The notes under the pieces were generated by a model, which saw only the letters and a list, made by a program, of their open reading frames with translations, searched no databases and was not told where the DNA came from. This document shows positions 24,501 through 32,953 of a stretch of DNA of 64,000 nt, piece by piece. A program made the position numbers and the translations under genes. The stretch is from a virus. Each line of letters opens with the position of its first letter. Positions within the stretch are counted from its first letter, which is position 1. The DNA is taken from the UHGV virus genome UHGV-0076294; one strand, written 5' to 3'.

Positions 24501-25863
24501 TAGCATTAACATAATCTGTTAACTGCGGCTTCGTTTTTCCGTAAGCTAACGCTGTATCCGTCGCAATACCGTTCAACTCTAACGCACGGATCGGGCCCCA
24601 CGTGTCGCTATGCGGATTGTCCTTACGTGTAACGTGTTCGTGCGCAGGTGCGTTGCGATAGAGCTGTTCTACTAACTGATGGTACTTAACGATTAGCTGA
24701 TAAACGTCGTTACTTACGTCTGCTTCTGGCGCACCAGGTAACGCAAGGAATTGAGCGTAATCGTTTTCAGCCGCCCACCAGTTTAAGTTAACGTTGGTTT
24801 TGTATTTCAGCCACTTCGCAACATCCGTTTTGGTGTAACCTGCTGAGAATTCGTCTGGCGGTGTGTCAACGTTAAAGGTGTAGTCCATAGACTGTTTGTT
24901 GGTCTTCACCTCGATAACGTATACACCGTTACCCGGTTGACGAACAACGCTAAACGTTAACTCGCCTTTTAATTCATCGTCGGTCAAACCGTTGATTAAC
25001 GTATAATCATAATCAGTTGAACCGCTGCCTAACGCAACCGTCAGTCGTAGGCCGATTTTACGTTGTTTTAATTGGAGACGAAGGATACTTGCGCCACCGT
25101 TCGCGTAGCACAACATCCAATCGATTTGTTCGTTCGGATTAATACTCCCCATGTTCGGAAAAATAGCCGGGATACGGTATTTCATCGACAGGGAATATTC
25201 ATTTAACGTGGTGGTTTTGTACGTAACGGAGAAACGACGTTTAGCGGTATTGTAAGTATACCCACCTTTGTTGTCGTACGTTGCGTACTGTTCAGACGTG
25301 ATAACCGTACCATTAGCGCGATGCTCGATATCTAACGTGTTACGCGCAATCGGGTCTACCCGATTCACCACGTTACCTAACGAATCACCTAAGCCTGCAA
25401 TGGCTTGCATTAATTCCAGTTCACCTTTCCAGTTTTCCCAGTCGAACTGAATGTCGACCGGTGGAAAGTAAACATCGCCGATAACGGTATCCCATTGACA
25501 CGCAGACGGGTATTTATCTTTATTGAGTTCGCGTTCTGCGGTAATCTGTTCTTGGGTCGCTTCACCGCAACCTACGGCGTGGTAATCTACCGTGAAATTC
25601 GATTTGTATTTGTCGTTAACAATCCAAATCATCCCGTGCACGAGGTAGGCTGTGCGCAACATACCGGTCTCGTACGGGTGTGTAATAACGTAATCGTCGC
25701 CTAAGGTCAGTATTTTGCCGCCGCTCTTGACCACCAGGGATGTGGTGAAAAAAGGGGCGTGGGCAGGTACCAACATTCGGTACTTCGTACCAATGACGGC
25801 GACCGCTTCACCGGTTATTTTATTCCCCGGTTCTTTGAAGTGTGGGTCTAGGACGACAGCCAT
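21538..25863 (-). CDS. Giant tail fibre protein (1441 aa), first gene of the operon
   Basis: AHAPFF...GDDYVI N-module. FGLGNVANTPDVDLPISVAQQTELDKYSPKVHQH fibre motif. AGGAG RBS. Confidence 0.8.
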   Translation of the reverse strand: MAVVLDPHFKEPGNKITGEAVAVIGTKYRMLVPAHAPFFTTSLVVKSGGKILTLGDDYVITHPYETGMLRTAYLVHGMIWIVNDKYKSNFTVDYHAVGCGEATQEQITAERELNKDKYPSACQWDTVIGDVYFPPVDIQFDWENWKGELELMQAIAGLGDSLGNVVNRVDPIARNTLDIEHRANGTVITSEQYATYDNKGGYTYNTAKRRFSVTYKTTTLNEYSLSMKYRIPAIFPNMGSINPNEQIDWMLCYANGGASILRLQLKQRKIGLRLTVALGSGSTDYDYTLINGLTDDELKGELTFSVVRQPGNGVYVIEVKTNKQSMDYTFNVDTPPDEFSAGYTKTDVAKWLKYKTNVNLNWWAAENDYAQFLALPGAPEADVSNDVYQLIVKYHQLVEQLYRNAPAHEHVTRKDNPHSDTWGPIRALELNGIATDTALAYGKTKPQLTDYVNAKYPTQETLTAQKKLLRTSTTKTADGTIGTLPGFTSFTTEVDPVSMSKYVSPYFSESYVSSGHRYHGELRYTGTKNGFSASFNAVPANLQDIDFIATGIKTASGNEAVGSAIMRFYENSGTNAGKFVEIKAGIWGDTISIEVSLSLNTVGTVPQVRYISQAPDPAIPNSDFSLRFQLKRTGNVFDAVVTVNGKTYSARINFDNMDSALEALENQYHFKTWINNVADAVTISSQNKGNTVTIKKAPDVVDETRLGAQFVVDPKSIKFIGQGSTDVNVGNNPVTLQAGDNQLVLYPDDRGLLWRGKKLLDPTTVAPYLPGNTAGGTGLFYGASTATVELTGSGIKASPFVATFILPVANDVTTLACWQLTDEFGTAENLAATPALIEKLDAEFTGKLVAAKSYINDMQLTSSVTIDKITFGLGNVANTPDVDLPISVAQQTELDKYSPKVHQHPSSVFGVANADTTKRGLIKFGLEVDDATLALDGSVVMAQTSQIEDLENTVGGVDSGARVDIIRFGKSGNDLIDVTVKDNILLTLPASTYFVGGETYDVPLMTVNVTERFTNPQTLIHAGIFVDIVDNRAMYIVHDSYNQAETDTMTRVGKLIVNELSQVDVVELRNVTRLGDFRELKDHVANDNAHIQRSAPRAVLGLSNLTVGAPCWASGLQAVVRGEADWRYVVGGGYKALDGVKYDQLASKWVFDAKGVSDNVHGFIHNMFPAFKNAGMRVSWETESNAKTGTVLETILGCWKNTDGEFMRLSLLITRGYRLTDSNGEYCYAGFGLNFGSGKSVVLGFTPTKRVTPAPWSSLQPVVSFTHTRSATNAITFSARLTLAGTAYTVGVHLSATDKYVSCTAAGGTTQKIPLTDRLTGFNIEPIVNDPYTPIYYGLGGLYEDEVRADVRSAGDSATANKVYGTLLDYISNYSSLNRVRVMELAGASSDPETLNALVATEFNNNLADYAALPIPPYLNKERVMSFIDTSNKVQAVIIRD

Positions 25864-25930
25864 TATCTACTCCTATAGTCCGTGGGCGTCGAGTTCATAC
25901 TATGACTTGAATCTATTGAGGAAAAGAGCT

Positions 25931-27193
25931 GTGACTACTGCTTATCAAGTACGGCCTGACAGCGCTTTTGGCTTCTCTCGAGAGACCCGTACCTGGGGAG
26001 CCATCGACGTCACGCAACCCTTAGAAACCTTGTGTTCTGATTACCATATTTTCGAAGTCGGTCTGAGTGCGCTTGGTAAAGACTATACGTTAATTAGCCA
26101 ATATCACCTCGCTGACTTACAAAACCGTACCGATACGTTACAAGACTGGCTGAATGAAAAAGCCGGTGTGGTTATCTCTGCGTTGAAAGACGGTTTACCG
26201 ACGTTAGAGTTTGATTGGGCACACTACCAATCGATTAATGCTGATGTTCCAGTAGAAACCTACCTGTGTCCTCACGGTTATCACTACAGTCAAGATTTCA
26301 GTATAGACGATGCTGACGACGTTGTGATTGTTTGCGAAGATAAATGGAGAGACAAATACCGTAACGGGGTGTTGTACAACATCAACGGACAATGGGTACC
26401 ACATCAGTCGGATACTGTTGGTGTACGTTTACCGGGTGCGGGTAAGATAGTACGTCGTGCAGGGACACCGGATATCGGGTGCATGGTCTTTAGTAAATTG
26501 GGGAATGTTAAAACGTACCCCATTGCTAATTTGACCTTAAACAAACTCGACACCACCCGTGACTATTATTCCACGTTAATGATTTCTTTACCGGAATCTA
26601 TTACGGGTAAAACCGTGGGGTTTGTTATCGGGGGTCTGATACACTGGTTACCGGTTACTGGGTACTTCTCCGACAAAGCCATTATGGTCTCGTTACCGAA
26701 CTTTGACGTTGCGCGTACTGTGCTAGAAACCCGACGTTATTACGACTGGGATAGCATCGGCGTTGGCGATCTGTCATCCCCGACCAGCGTACAGCGTATC
26801 CGCAACCCAGAAACGTTAAAGGCGCTTTTAACCCACGAGTCGTCGTTTATCTTTACGGTGGATAATCCGTATCTGGAAGAAGAAGTTGTGGGGGTTTCTC
26901 ACAACGCTATCTGGGGACGTTTATACCTTAAAGATCCTAATGATCCTGATGGGGAAAAACAACTGGGCTATCTGTTAAACCGCTTCGGTAAAACCGTTGC
27001 TTATTGGCCGACGTGGGAAGAAGGGGAATGGGTATTTAACACCACGGAATTCGACAGTCAAAACTACGTGTTCCGTGAAGCCCGCTGGTATAACCAGAAG
27101 AAAATTAACGATGCACAGGCAATCGTAGGGCCTTTCGGTCCCTGGGAAAAAGTCTATTTGGAAATGCATCGTTTCCGTGCAAGAAAAAAATAA
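25931..27193 (+). CDS. Hypothetical protein (divergent from the fibre operon)
   Basis: Start set to GTG 25931 (GAGGAAAAG RBS). The track start 25715 would overlap the fibre gene 5' end. Confidence 0.6.
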   Translation: MTTAYQVRPDSAFGFSRETRTWGAIDVTQPLETLCSDYHIFEVGLSALGKDYTLISQYHLADLQNRTDTLQDWLNEKAGVVISALKDGLPTLEFDWAHYQSINADVPVETYLCPHGYHYSQDFSIDDADDVVIVCEDKWRDKYRNGVLYNINGQWVPHQSDTVGVRLPGAGKIVRRAGTPDIGCMVFSKLGNVKTYPIANLTLNKLDTTRDYYSTLMISLPESITGKTVGFVIGGLIHWLPVTGYFSDKAIMVSLPNFDVARTVLETRRYYDWDSIGVGDLSSPTSVQRIRNPETLKALLTHESSFIFTVDNPYLEEEVVGVSHNAIWGRLYLKDPNDPDGEKQLGYLLNRFGKTVAYWPTWEEGEWVFNTTEFDSQNYVFREARWYNQKKINDAQAIVGPFGPWEKVYLEMHRFRARKK

Positions 27194-27198
27194 GTAAC

Positions 27199-27240
27199 CT
27201 CCTACCCTCTAAGAGGGTAGGAGTAGCACGTTTTTTTTTT
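27199..27240. terminator. Bidirectional terminator
   Basis: CTCCTACCCTCT/AGAGGGTAGGAG stem. T10 downstream on + strand and a T-run on the minus strand. Confidence 0.7.
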
Positions 27241-27243
27241 CAC

Positions 27244-27453
27244 TTAGTCTTTTTTGTAGACGATCGCGTTACCGTGCAGTTTGTTGTTACCGGAAATACC
27301 GATAACTTTAAACGCTTCACCGCCGATCTTTTCAGCTTCGACAGCCAGCTTAGCAGTAACGTCGTCTACGGTGTCACCGAAAGCGCTTACGTTACCGATT
27401 TTCTTGAACTCTTCAGGAATGTGTTCAGCAGAAGAGAATTCTTTAATAGCCAT
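27244..27453 (-). CDS. DUF1471 (YhcN/BhsA/McbA family) domain protein without signal peptide
   Basis: KIGNVSAFGDTVDDVTAKLAVEAEKIGGEAFKVIGISGNNKLHGNAIVYKK matches the enterobacterial DUF1471 pattern (..NNKL.GTA.IYK). No N-terminal leader. GGAGAG RBS. Confidence 0.75.
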   Translation of the reverse strand: MAIKEFSSAEHIPEEFKKIGNVSAFGDTVDDVTAKLAVEAEKIGGEAFKVIGISGNNKLHGNAIVYKKD

Positions 27454-27514
27454 AGCTACTCTCCAGTTAAAGAAAGGAAGGACTGTATCGTGTTACAACC
27501 AAAGCATAAGATAG

Positions 27515-27534
27515 CTCCTCCCGGAAGGGAGGAG
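27515..27534 (-). terminator. Candidate terminator after the spike gene
   Basis: CTCCTCCC/GGGAGGAG stem, GGAA loop. Only a modest T-rich tail. Confidence 0.4.
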
Positions 27535-27653
27535 TAGAGTGCGCGAAAAAAAGTGGCCTGCTTAACTAAACGATGAGGTTTAAGAAAAGTGTTGATAAGA
27601 AGCTTACCAACGTCAGGTCACAATATATAATACCAACGTAAGAAAAAGGGGAA

Positions 27654-28619
27654 TTATTGTGGTGGTGAAGTTGGGCCATGCTTGCCTTGGTGAATGTGTA
27701 CACTGAAGGTAATACCGGAAATCACCGCATCCTTAACTGTAAAGACACCCACACCTTCACCCGTACCACCGTATTTGAAGTTCTTAGCAACTTCCAAATT
27801 ACCGGTGAACATCGCTTCATTACCTTCTTGCTTAAAGTTCGGCGTTTTATACGTTGTGGAACCGGAGGCTTCGGTTAGCCATGTTTCTGTTTTAAAGGTA
27901 ACCGATTTCGACGCTTCAGTATTCCGAACTTCGCATTTCTCATTAATCGTTTTCGTTTCCAGGTTAATCGAACGTTTTGCGTAAATGAACGCATCTTCTT
28001 TGTTGATGTTCACTTTCGAAAGCATCGCGTTCTCAAAACCTAAATCGTCTTCCACCGAGTTAATGTAATACTTATTCCCTTTATGGTCAACGCACTGCCA
28101 CGATCCGTTAGCGTTATCGAATTGGAATAACCACGCCGCTTTCTCCCCGTTCACCATACTTGTTCTTAGCGTAACGTGTTTGTCAATCGTTGAGACGTTT
28201 AACACATACGCGTTCGACAAGTCATCCGCCATCTGGTTTTCAGGGTCAGCCGACCACGCGTAAACCGCATCTTCTAATCGCTTAACGTTAGCGAAGTTCA
28301 GATCAATCCAAAAATAAATATCCGTTTTCCCCAAACGTAACAAGATAACGTAATCTTCTCGTTTAACGTCAGGGGAATTAATTCGATTGGAGTTAAACTT
28401 CCACCACTTTGCCGTTATCGTGTTACCCGTCTTAATGGTTAGGTTATCTGTTGCACCAGATGTTTCATGCGTCTTTTCAGTTGCTGAAGAAACAGATTGT
28501 ACCACGGTAGGGTTAGCAAAGTTGGTTTCAATTGGTATCACTTTTACCCGATCTGTACCACGGGGTTTGTCTTCCGCGACGATACCAATTGAGAAAAAAT
28601 CAACGCTGGATTTCTCCAT
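27654..28619 (-). CDS. Baseplate central spike / hub-like protein
   Basis: C-terminal ...SVHIHQGKHGPTSPP resembles the HxH...G.T..P apex of Mu gp45 / P2 gpV-type spikes. Beta-rich repetitive C-half. AAGGAA RBS. Confidence 0.5.
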   Translation of the reverse strand: MEKSSVDFFSIGIVAEDKPRGTDRVKVIPIETNFANPTVVQSVSSATEKTHETSGATDNLTIKTGNTITAKWWKFNSNRINSPDVKREDYVILLRLGKTDIYFWIDLNFANVKRLEDAVYAWSADPENQMADDLSNAYVLNVSTIDKHVTLRTSMVNGEKAAWLFQFDNANGSWQCVDHKGNKYYINSVEDDLGFENAMLSKVNINKEDAFIYAKRSINLETKTINEKCEVRNTEASKSVTFKTETWLTEASGSTTYKTPNFKQEGNEAMFTGNLEVAKNFKYGGTGEGVGVFTVKDAVISGITFSVHIHQGKHGPTSPPQ

Positions 28620-28648
28620 TAGGTCGTTCCTTAGATCGGAAATGTAAT

Positions 28649-28671
28649 CAGATATATTTTACTTAGGTGAG
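28649..28671 (+). promoter_or_regulatory. Candidate phage promoter (CAGATATATTTTACTTAGGTGAG)
   Basis: 22/23 identical to 32954..32976. Followed directly by a hairpin. Confidence 0.4.
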
Positions 28672-28672
28672 T

Positions 28673-28699
28673 AGGGGCTGAAGTGCGAATTCAGCCCCT
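28673..28699 (+). other. Hairpin just downstream of the promoter-like motif
   Basis: AGGGGCTGAA/TTCAGCCCCT 10-bp stem, 7-nt loop. Confidence 0.6.
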
Positions 28700-28748
28700 A
28701 TAGGCACGTTTCTTTTCGAAACGGATACTAACAATAGCGGAGGCTACC

Positions 28749-28826
28749 ATGCTTGCTGAACAGAAAGACGGTATCGAAGAGGTAGTGAGACTCTTCCGTC
28801 ACTATTCACCTTATCTACCACGGTAA
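28749..28826 (+). CDS. Possible 25-codon leader ORF
   Basis: GGAGG 5 nt upstream of ATG. MLAEQKDGIEEVVRLFRHYSPYLPR. Read by hand in the long intergenic region. Confidence 0.2.
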   Translation: MLAEQKDGIEEVVRLFRHYSPYLPR

Positions 28827-28847
28827 TCATAGTATTACTTAAAATTT

Positions 28848-28906
28848 ACAGATTGTCCCTTTATTCTGCTACTCGGGATACCGGTAGGGGGTAGGGGGCA
28901 ATCTGT
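28848..28906 (+). other. Long-range imperfect hairpin
   Basis: ACAGATTGTCCC ... GGGGCAATCTGT (one mismatch) enclosing a tandem GGTAGGG GGTAGGG. Confidence 0.4.
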
Positions 28907-29004
28907 ATACGGATATAAATAGCGGAGGTATACGTAGTATACCGACATACTCTTCCCAGAGGAACGTAGTGACTTCCTTATTCCTTTTTAGGAGAATAAA
29001 CCCC

Positions 29005-29739
29005 ATGAGAGAATTATTAGACGATATCTTTACCAACACCAGTTTAGAACTTTCTTCTACGCTGGTTAACGAATTAATAAAACAATACCAACCTGCTAAG
29101 TTAGTCACTGTCAGGGTAGTTAACCCTAAAGATTATCTAGGCTGCGATATCATAGACGGTACGATCGATGAGTACGCAATTGGTATTTACGCCGACCGGG
29201 TCTTCTTTGTTCTTAATACCGAAACCGGTGTCATGTTAACCTACACGATGAGTAGTGATGCCGAACACGAAGTTGTAGCGGAACATATTCGCCACATTGC
29301 CAGCACGCCTACCTTTTCCGACGTTACGTTTATTGGGGGAAGCACTATGCTGACGTTATTCTCTTACTTCCCACTGTTTAGACATGGGGTAGGGCTAATC
29401 AAGCATGTAGAAAACCTTCCCGCTGATGTAGAATTAACGTTGCTCGGTCGGGACATCAGTCTTTATCCCTTAAAAGATAACGGTAAGTTATACGGTTTAC
29501 GTATCTATGTTTCTTGGTTAAAGGGATACCGTGTTATTGAACTGATTGCATCAGATTTAACAAAACAAATCCCAGAAGTGGAAACGATTTCTAAAGCCAC
29601 CCACCTAGTTGAGATTAACCCAGACGATCCGTTTTTACAGTATCACACAGAAATTGCCCTTCGTGGTATCGCTGCCGTAAAAGGGTGGGGGCGTGCTGAG
29701 CTTACGAAGGACTATCTGCTGTTAATTAAAACCGCGTAA
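29005..29739 (+). CDS. Hypothetical protein, GW..(Q)LLF C-terminal family member (divergent)
   Basis: Start at ATG 29005 (AGGAG RBS). C-terminus KGWGRAELTKDYLLLIKTA resembles the next three genes. Confidence 0.7.
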   Translation: MRELLDDIFTNTSLELSSTLVNELIKQYQPAKLVTVRVVNPKDYLGCDIIDGTIDEYAIGIYADRVFFVLNTETGVMLTYTMSSDAEHEVVAEHIRHIASTPTFSDVTFIGGSTMLTLFSYFPLFRHGVGLIKHVENLPADVELTLLGRDISLYPLKDNGKLYGLRIYVSWLKGYRVIELIASDLTKQIPEVETISKATHLVEINPDDPFLQYHTEIALRGIAAVKGWGRAELTKDYLLLIKTA

Positions 29740-29765
29740 GTAAAAAACCTAAAGGAGAAAATATC

Positions 29766-30323
29766 ATGTCTACTATTGAACTGAAACAACAAGTTATTGG
29801 ATTTGTTAAGCTGGGTGCAGGTAAACACCAACTTGATTATCCTTGCGTTATACAGTCTAACATTATCCCGGTCGATACAATGATTACCGGTCTTCAAGTT
29901 GAAGAATTTGATGGAGATGCTGTGGTTTGGGAACGCCATTTCACACGACTTAATTATCGTAAAGTCGGAGATAGTTTTACCGAAATATTCCGTCATCTGT
30001 TTTCCGGTACCGGATGGAAAGTAACGAGTGCGTTCTACGGTGGGAATGTTATTACGCTTCTAGACACGGGGAATGCACGTTATCTCGTGAACTTTACTTT
30101 CGCAAGACGCTACGCATATTTCCCCAACCCGCTTACGTGTACGTTAAGTAACCCAGGAATGCTACTAACAGATAAAGAAGCAGACGTTCTACTCGCCGAA
30201 CTGCGAAAAGACGGTTGCGACGTTGACGATTGGGAAACATTGATCGCTGTCGCTAAAGCACACGGTTGGTATACCGTACGTAAAATCGGTCGACAGTTGT
30301 TGTTCTTAGCTTATAATGTTTAA
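29766..30323 (+). CDS. Hypothetical protein, GW..QLLF family
   Basis: C-terminus AHGWYTVRKIGRQLLFLAYNV. AAAGGAG RBS. Confidence 0.75.
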   Translation: MSTIELKQQVIGFVKLGAGKHQLDYPCVIQSNIIPVDTMITGLQVEEFDGDAVVWERHFTRLNYRKVGDSFTEIFRHLFSGTGWKVTSAFYGGNVITLLDTGNARYLVNFTFARRYAYFPNPLTCTLSNPGMLLTDKEADVLLAELRKDGCDVDDWETLIAVAKAHGWYTVRKIGRQLLFLAYNV

Positions 30324-30334
30324 AGGATGATATC

Positions 30335-31462
30335 ATGCATATCTACCATAACTCACCGTCACATAAACTTTATCTTGAATTGCTTTTCGAGGATTACAAG
30401 AAAGGTGTACCGAAAATACTACTCAGTATCCCCTGTGCCACACAAACTGATTTGTTCGGTCGCGTTTTTGGTTGTACTGTTAACGCTTTGCCAGAACCAA
30501 TCTGTGCACCTATAGATAATTGTGTTTTCGACGAGCGAATTGAGGGTTTTCAATTCACCTTTTACGTAAACGATTCTTTACCGTACGACAAACTTTACGT
30601 TCGTGAGTTGAAATCAAATCAGCGGTTAATGTACCGCGTCTACCCACCCCACAAAGGATCGTTACTGGAGTATAAAATCAGGCGGCTACCTTACGAGGGT
30701 GTGAAATTACTCGACCAGCAGGATATAGCTTTTCTGGAAGAACTTTGCGGATTCGAAATTGAGAAAATTCACGTAACCCAGGAAATATCCCGAAACGTAC
30801 CTAGTCGTCTCACCCCTAACGGCGGGTTTCCGTACGAGTTCACCGACACAGGGCTAAGGCTCGTAACCGAATTTAACGACGTAATGTATTACGCAGTGTG
30901 TATTGAACGTAAAGTAGTGGAGAAAGAAATGGCAAGTACATTGAAAGAAGAATTAGCTCAATTCATTCGTGACGTCGAAGAGAAAAGCAAGAGCGATCAC
31001 ATTTTCTCACAACGCTATCCTGAACTTATTGACGAAACCACCGATAGTGTCGTCGATGGTATACGCATTTTCCCAAGCAACCTTGCAACTTACCGACTGC
31101 CCAGCCTTAACCAGCTTAAAGTCATGGAAATGCTAAAAGACGTTTTAGCAAAAGCGGGTTGGGAATATCGTTTCGATTGCAATTTCGAAGGGATGGCGTT
31201 ATTCGTTACAAAGAAAAATTATAATTTGACAATCGATCTGCCCAAAAGTCAGTATTACAGTTTCTTCCCGAAAGCGGATGACCGCACTGAAAAAGAACCT
31301 GCGTTGTTACTTGATGCGGCAGAATCCAATACGCTAATGATGCGTCTGCGGATGGTTGACAAAAAGTTAAATACCGGCCATCTAACGACGATCGGTAAAG
31401 ATTACGGTTGGAAATCTGTCGAACCGTACGGCAGTCAGCTGCTGTTTGTTGCTGACCTTTAA
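30335..31462 (+). CDS. Hypothetical protein, GW..QLLF family
   Basis: C-terminus DYGWKSVEPYGSQLLFVADL. Confidence 0.75.
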   Translation: MHIYHNSPSHKLYLELLFEDYKKGVPKILLSIPCATQTDLFGRVFGCTVNALPEPICAPIDNCVFDERIEGFQFTFYVNDSLPYDKLYVRELKSNQRLMYRVYPPHKGSLLEYKIRRLPYEGVKLLDQQDIAFLEELCGFEIEKIHVTQEISRNVPSRLTPNGGFPYEFTDTGLRLVTEFNDVMYYAVCIERKVVEKEMASTLKEELAQFIRDVEEKSKSDHIFSQRYPELIDETTDSVVDGIRIFPSNLATYRLPSLNQLKVMEMLKDVLAKAGWEYRFDCNFEGMALFVTKKNYNLTIDLPKSQYYSFFPKADDRTEKEPALLLDAAESNTLMMRLRMVDKKLNTGHLTTIGKDYGWKSVEPYGSQLLFVADL

Positions 31463-31488
31463 TAAGTGAAACTACACTTTCTCTAACT

Positions 31489-31513
31489 GCCGCGCTTTAG
31501 TCGCGGCTTTTGT
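31489..31513 (+). terminator. Candidate terminator
   Basis: GCCGCG/CGCGGC stem followed by TTTTGTT. Confidence 0.5.
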
Positions 31514-31529
31514 TAAGAAGGAAAAAGAA

Positions 31530-32303
31530 ATGAAAATCCATTTAGACGACCTCTTTAAATCTGAACCGTATATGGTTAAAGGTTCGCTGGCTTCATTGTT
31601 GCTAGACGATAGATTTCATCGAACGCTGCAATTACAATCGGTCGAATCCGCGCCAACAGAAGACGTGGGTCTTTATCAACGTATCACTTATACGCGCGGA
31701 GAATATCGGCGATATAAACCTGATACGCTAACCGTTAAACTCTGGCAAGTGGCCACAGGCAAAGTATTAACTTATCGCGCTGTTGGTCTGTACTACGTTG
31801 AACGTGCCTACGCATGGTTAGAAGAAGTTAAAGAAATGGATTACGGCCGTTTAAGCAAAAGACTGCGCGATAATAACGCCAGTTTACCGCTACGTAATTA
31901 TTTCTCCACAATTGAAAATAGTCGTTGTTTCGTTTCACGCGAATCCATGATATTGCCTGGGGCTGATGTTCAGACGACACTAAAAGATGTGGTTGTGAGG
32001 AAAATCTTTCATGAATCTGAACACGTTGGATTTCGTATCTATTTAACGCACAAGAGGCCATTTACCGTGATTCATCTTGTTACCGTACCCGAAGGCTCGG
32101 CAGTCGTACGTGAACTTCCTGACGCACGTGACCGTAGTCCTAATGAGCCACTTTACTTAATGTCAGGAACAAAATCAGAATCTTTGATGTCCCGTTACAG
32201 CATGGTTGATGTTGTTGATACTGCTATGAAATTAGGTTGGAAAGAAGTACAACAGCACGGCAAACAATTGCTGTTTATCGCAGATGTAAATCTCAATAAC
32301 TAA
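31530..32303 (+). CDS. Hypothetical protein, GW..QLLF family
   Basis: C-terminus KLGWKEVQQHGKQLLFIADVNLNN. Confidence 0.75.
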   Translation: MKIHLDDLFKSEPYMVKGSLASLLLDDRFHRTLQLQSVESAPTEDVGLYQRITYTRGEYRRYKPDTLTVKLWQVATGKVLTYRAVGLYYVERAYAWLEEVKEMDYGRLSKRLRDNNASLPLRNYFSTIENSRCFVSRESMILPGADVQTTLKDVVVRKIFHESEHVGFRIYLTHKRPFTVIHLVTVPEGSAVVRELPDARDRSPNEPLYLMSGTKSESLMSRYSMVDVVDTAMKLGWKEVQQHGKQLLFIADVNLNN

Positions 32304-32315
32304 AGAGGTGGTACC

Positions 32316-32894
32316 GTGTACCGATTAATAGAAATGAGAAAAGACGTTTGGTTGGAAAACCTCGTCGACGGGGAGCTTGAGGGAATAGAGCTTTCCTTAC
32401 CAGAGAGAGCGGACACGGTATTGGCCTTTCTGGTAAAACAGGCAGACCGTGAGCCGGTAGGAATCTTCAGCGTGGACTATAAAGACCCGCGAGGGATTCA
32501 TTTACGGAACATTTGCAGTGGTTTGGAAAACTTACCGGCTAATCCGTTCTTAAACTACGCAAAACGTAAACTCCGACCGGGACAACACCTCTGGGTAACG
32601 TTAGCGCCTGACATTAGAATCATGCGTGACGATTACTCGGCGTTTGTACAGGCAACGAAAGTCAGTCTGTATAACCCGAACGCAGAGCGTACCGATATGC
32701 CGTTTATAATTACCTTAGAAGACGATGGAACGCAAGAAGGTATTGAGGCAATTACGGAATTAGTAAACTCTTATCCGGTTGCCACTATCGAGTTAGAAAA
32801 CCCAAGTCGTTTACAACTGGGTGACCTGCTCGAATGGATTGAACTGAATACAGAATTCTTAATCAATTCTCGTCAGTATCGATTCGACGTTTAA
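32316..32894 (+). CDS. Hypothetical protein
   Basis: GTG start with AAGAGGTGG RBS. Last gene of the block; family membership not supported. Confidence 0.65.
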   Translation: MYRLIEMRKDVWLENLVDGELEGIELSLPERADTVLAFLVKQADREPVGIFSVDYKDPRGIHLRNICSGLENLPANPFLNYAKRKLRPGQHLWVTLAPDIRIMRDDYSAFVQATKVSLYNPNAERTDMPFIITLEDDGTQEGIEAITELVNSYPVATIELENPSRLQLGDLLEWIELNTEFLINSRQYRFDV

Positions 32895-32898
32895 CAAC

Positions 32899-32930
32899 GG
32901 TGGGGTGTAAACCCCACCTTTTATTTTTTG
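32899..32930 (+). terminator. Rho-independent terminator
   Basis: GGTGGGG/CCCCACC stem plus TTTTATTTTTT. Confidence 0.8.
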
Positions 32931-32953
32931 TTCTCTAACATTAAAAATAATCT

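Noticed and set aside
25715-25930. 5' extension of the 25715..27193 ORF
   Set aside because: It would overlap the 5' end and RBS of the divergent fibre gene by about 150 nt. An in-frame GTG at 25931 has a proper GAGGA RBS.
28869-29108. 79-aa minus-strand ORF in the long intergenic region
   Set aside because: It has no RBS and overlaps the well-supported start of the + strand gene. It is probably noise.
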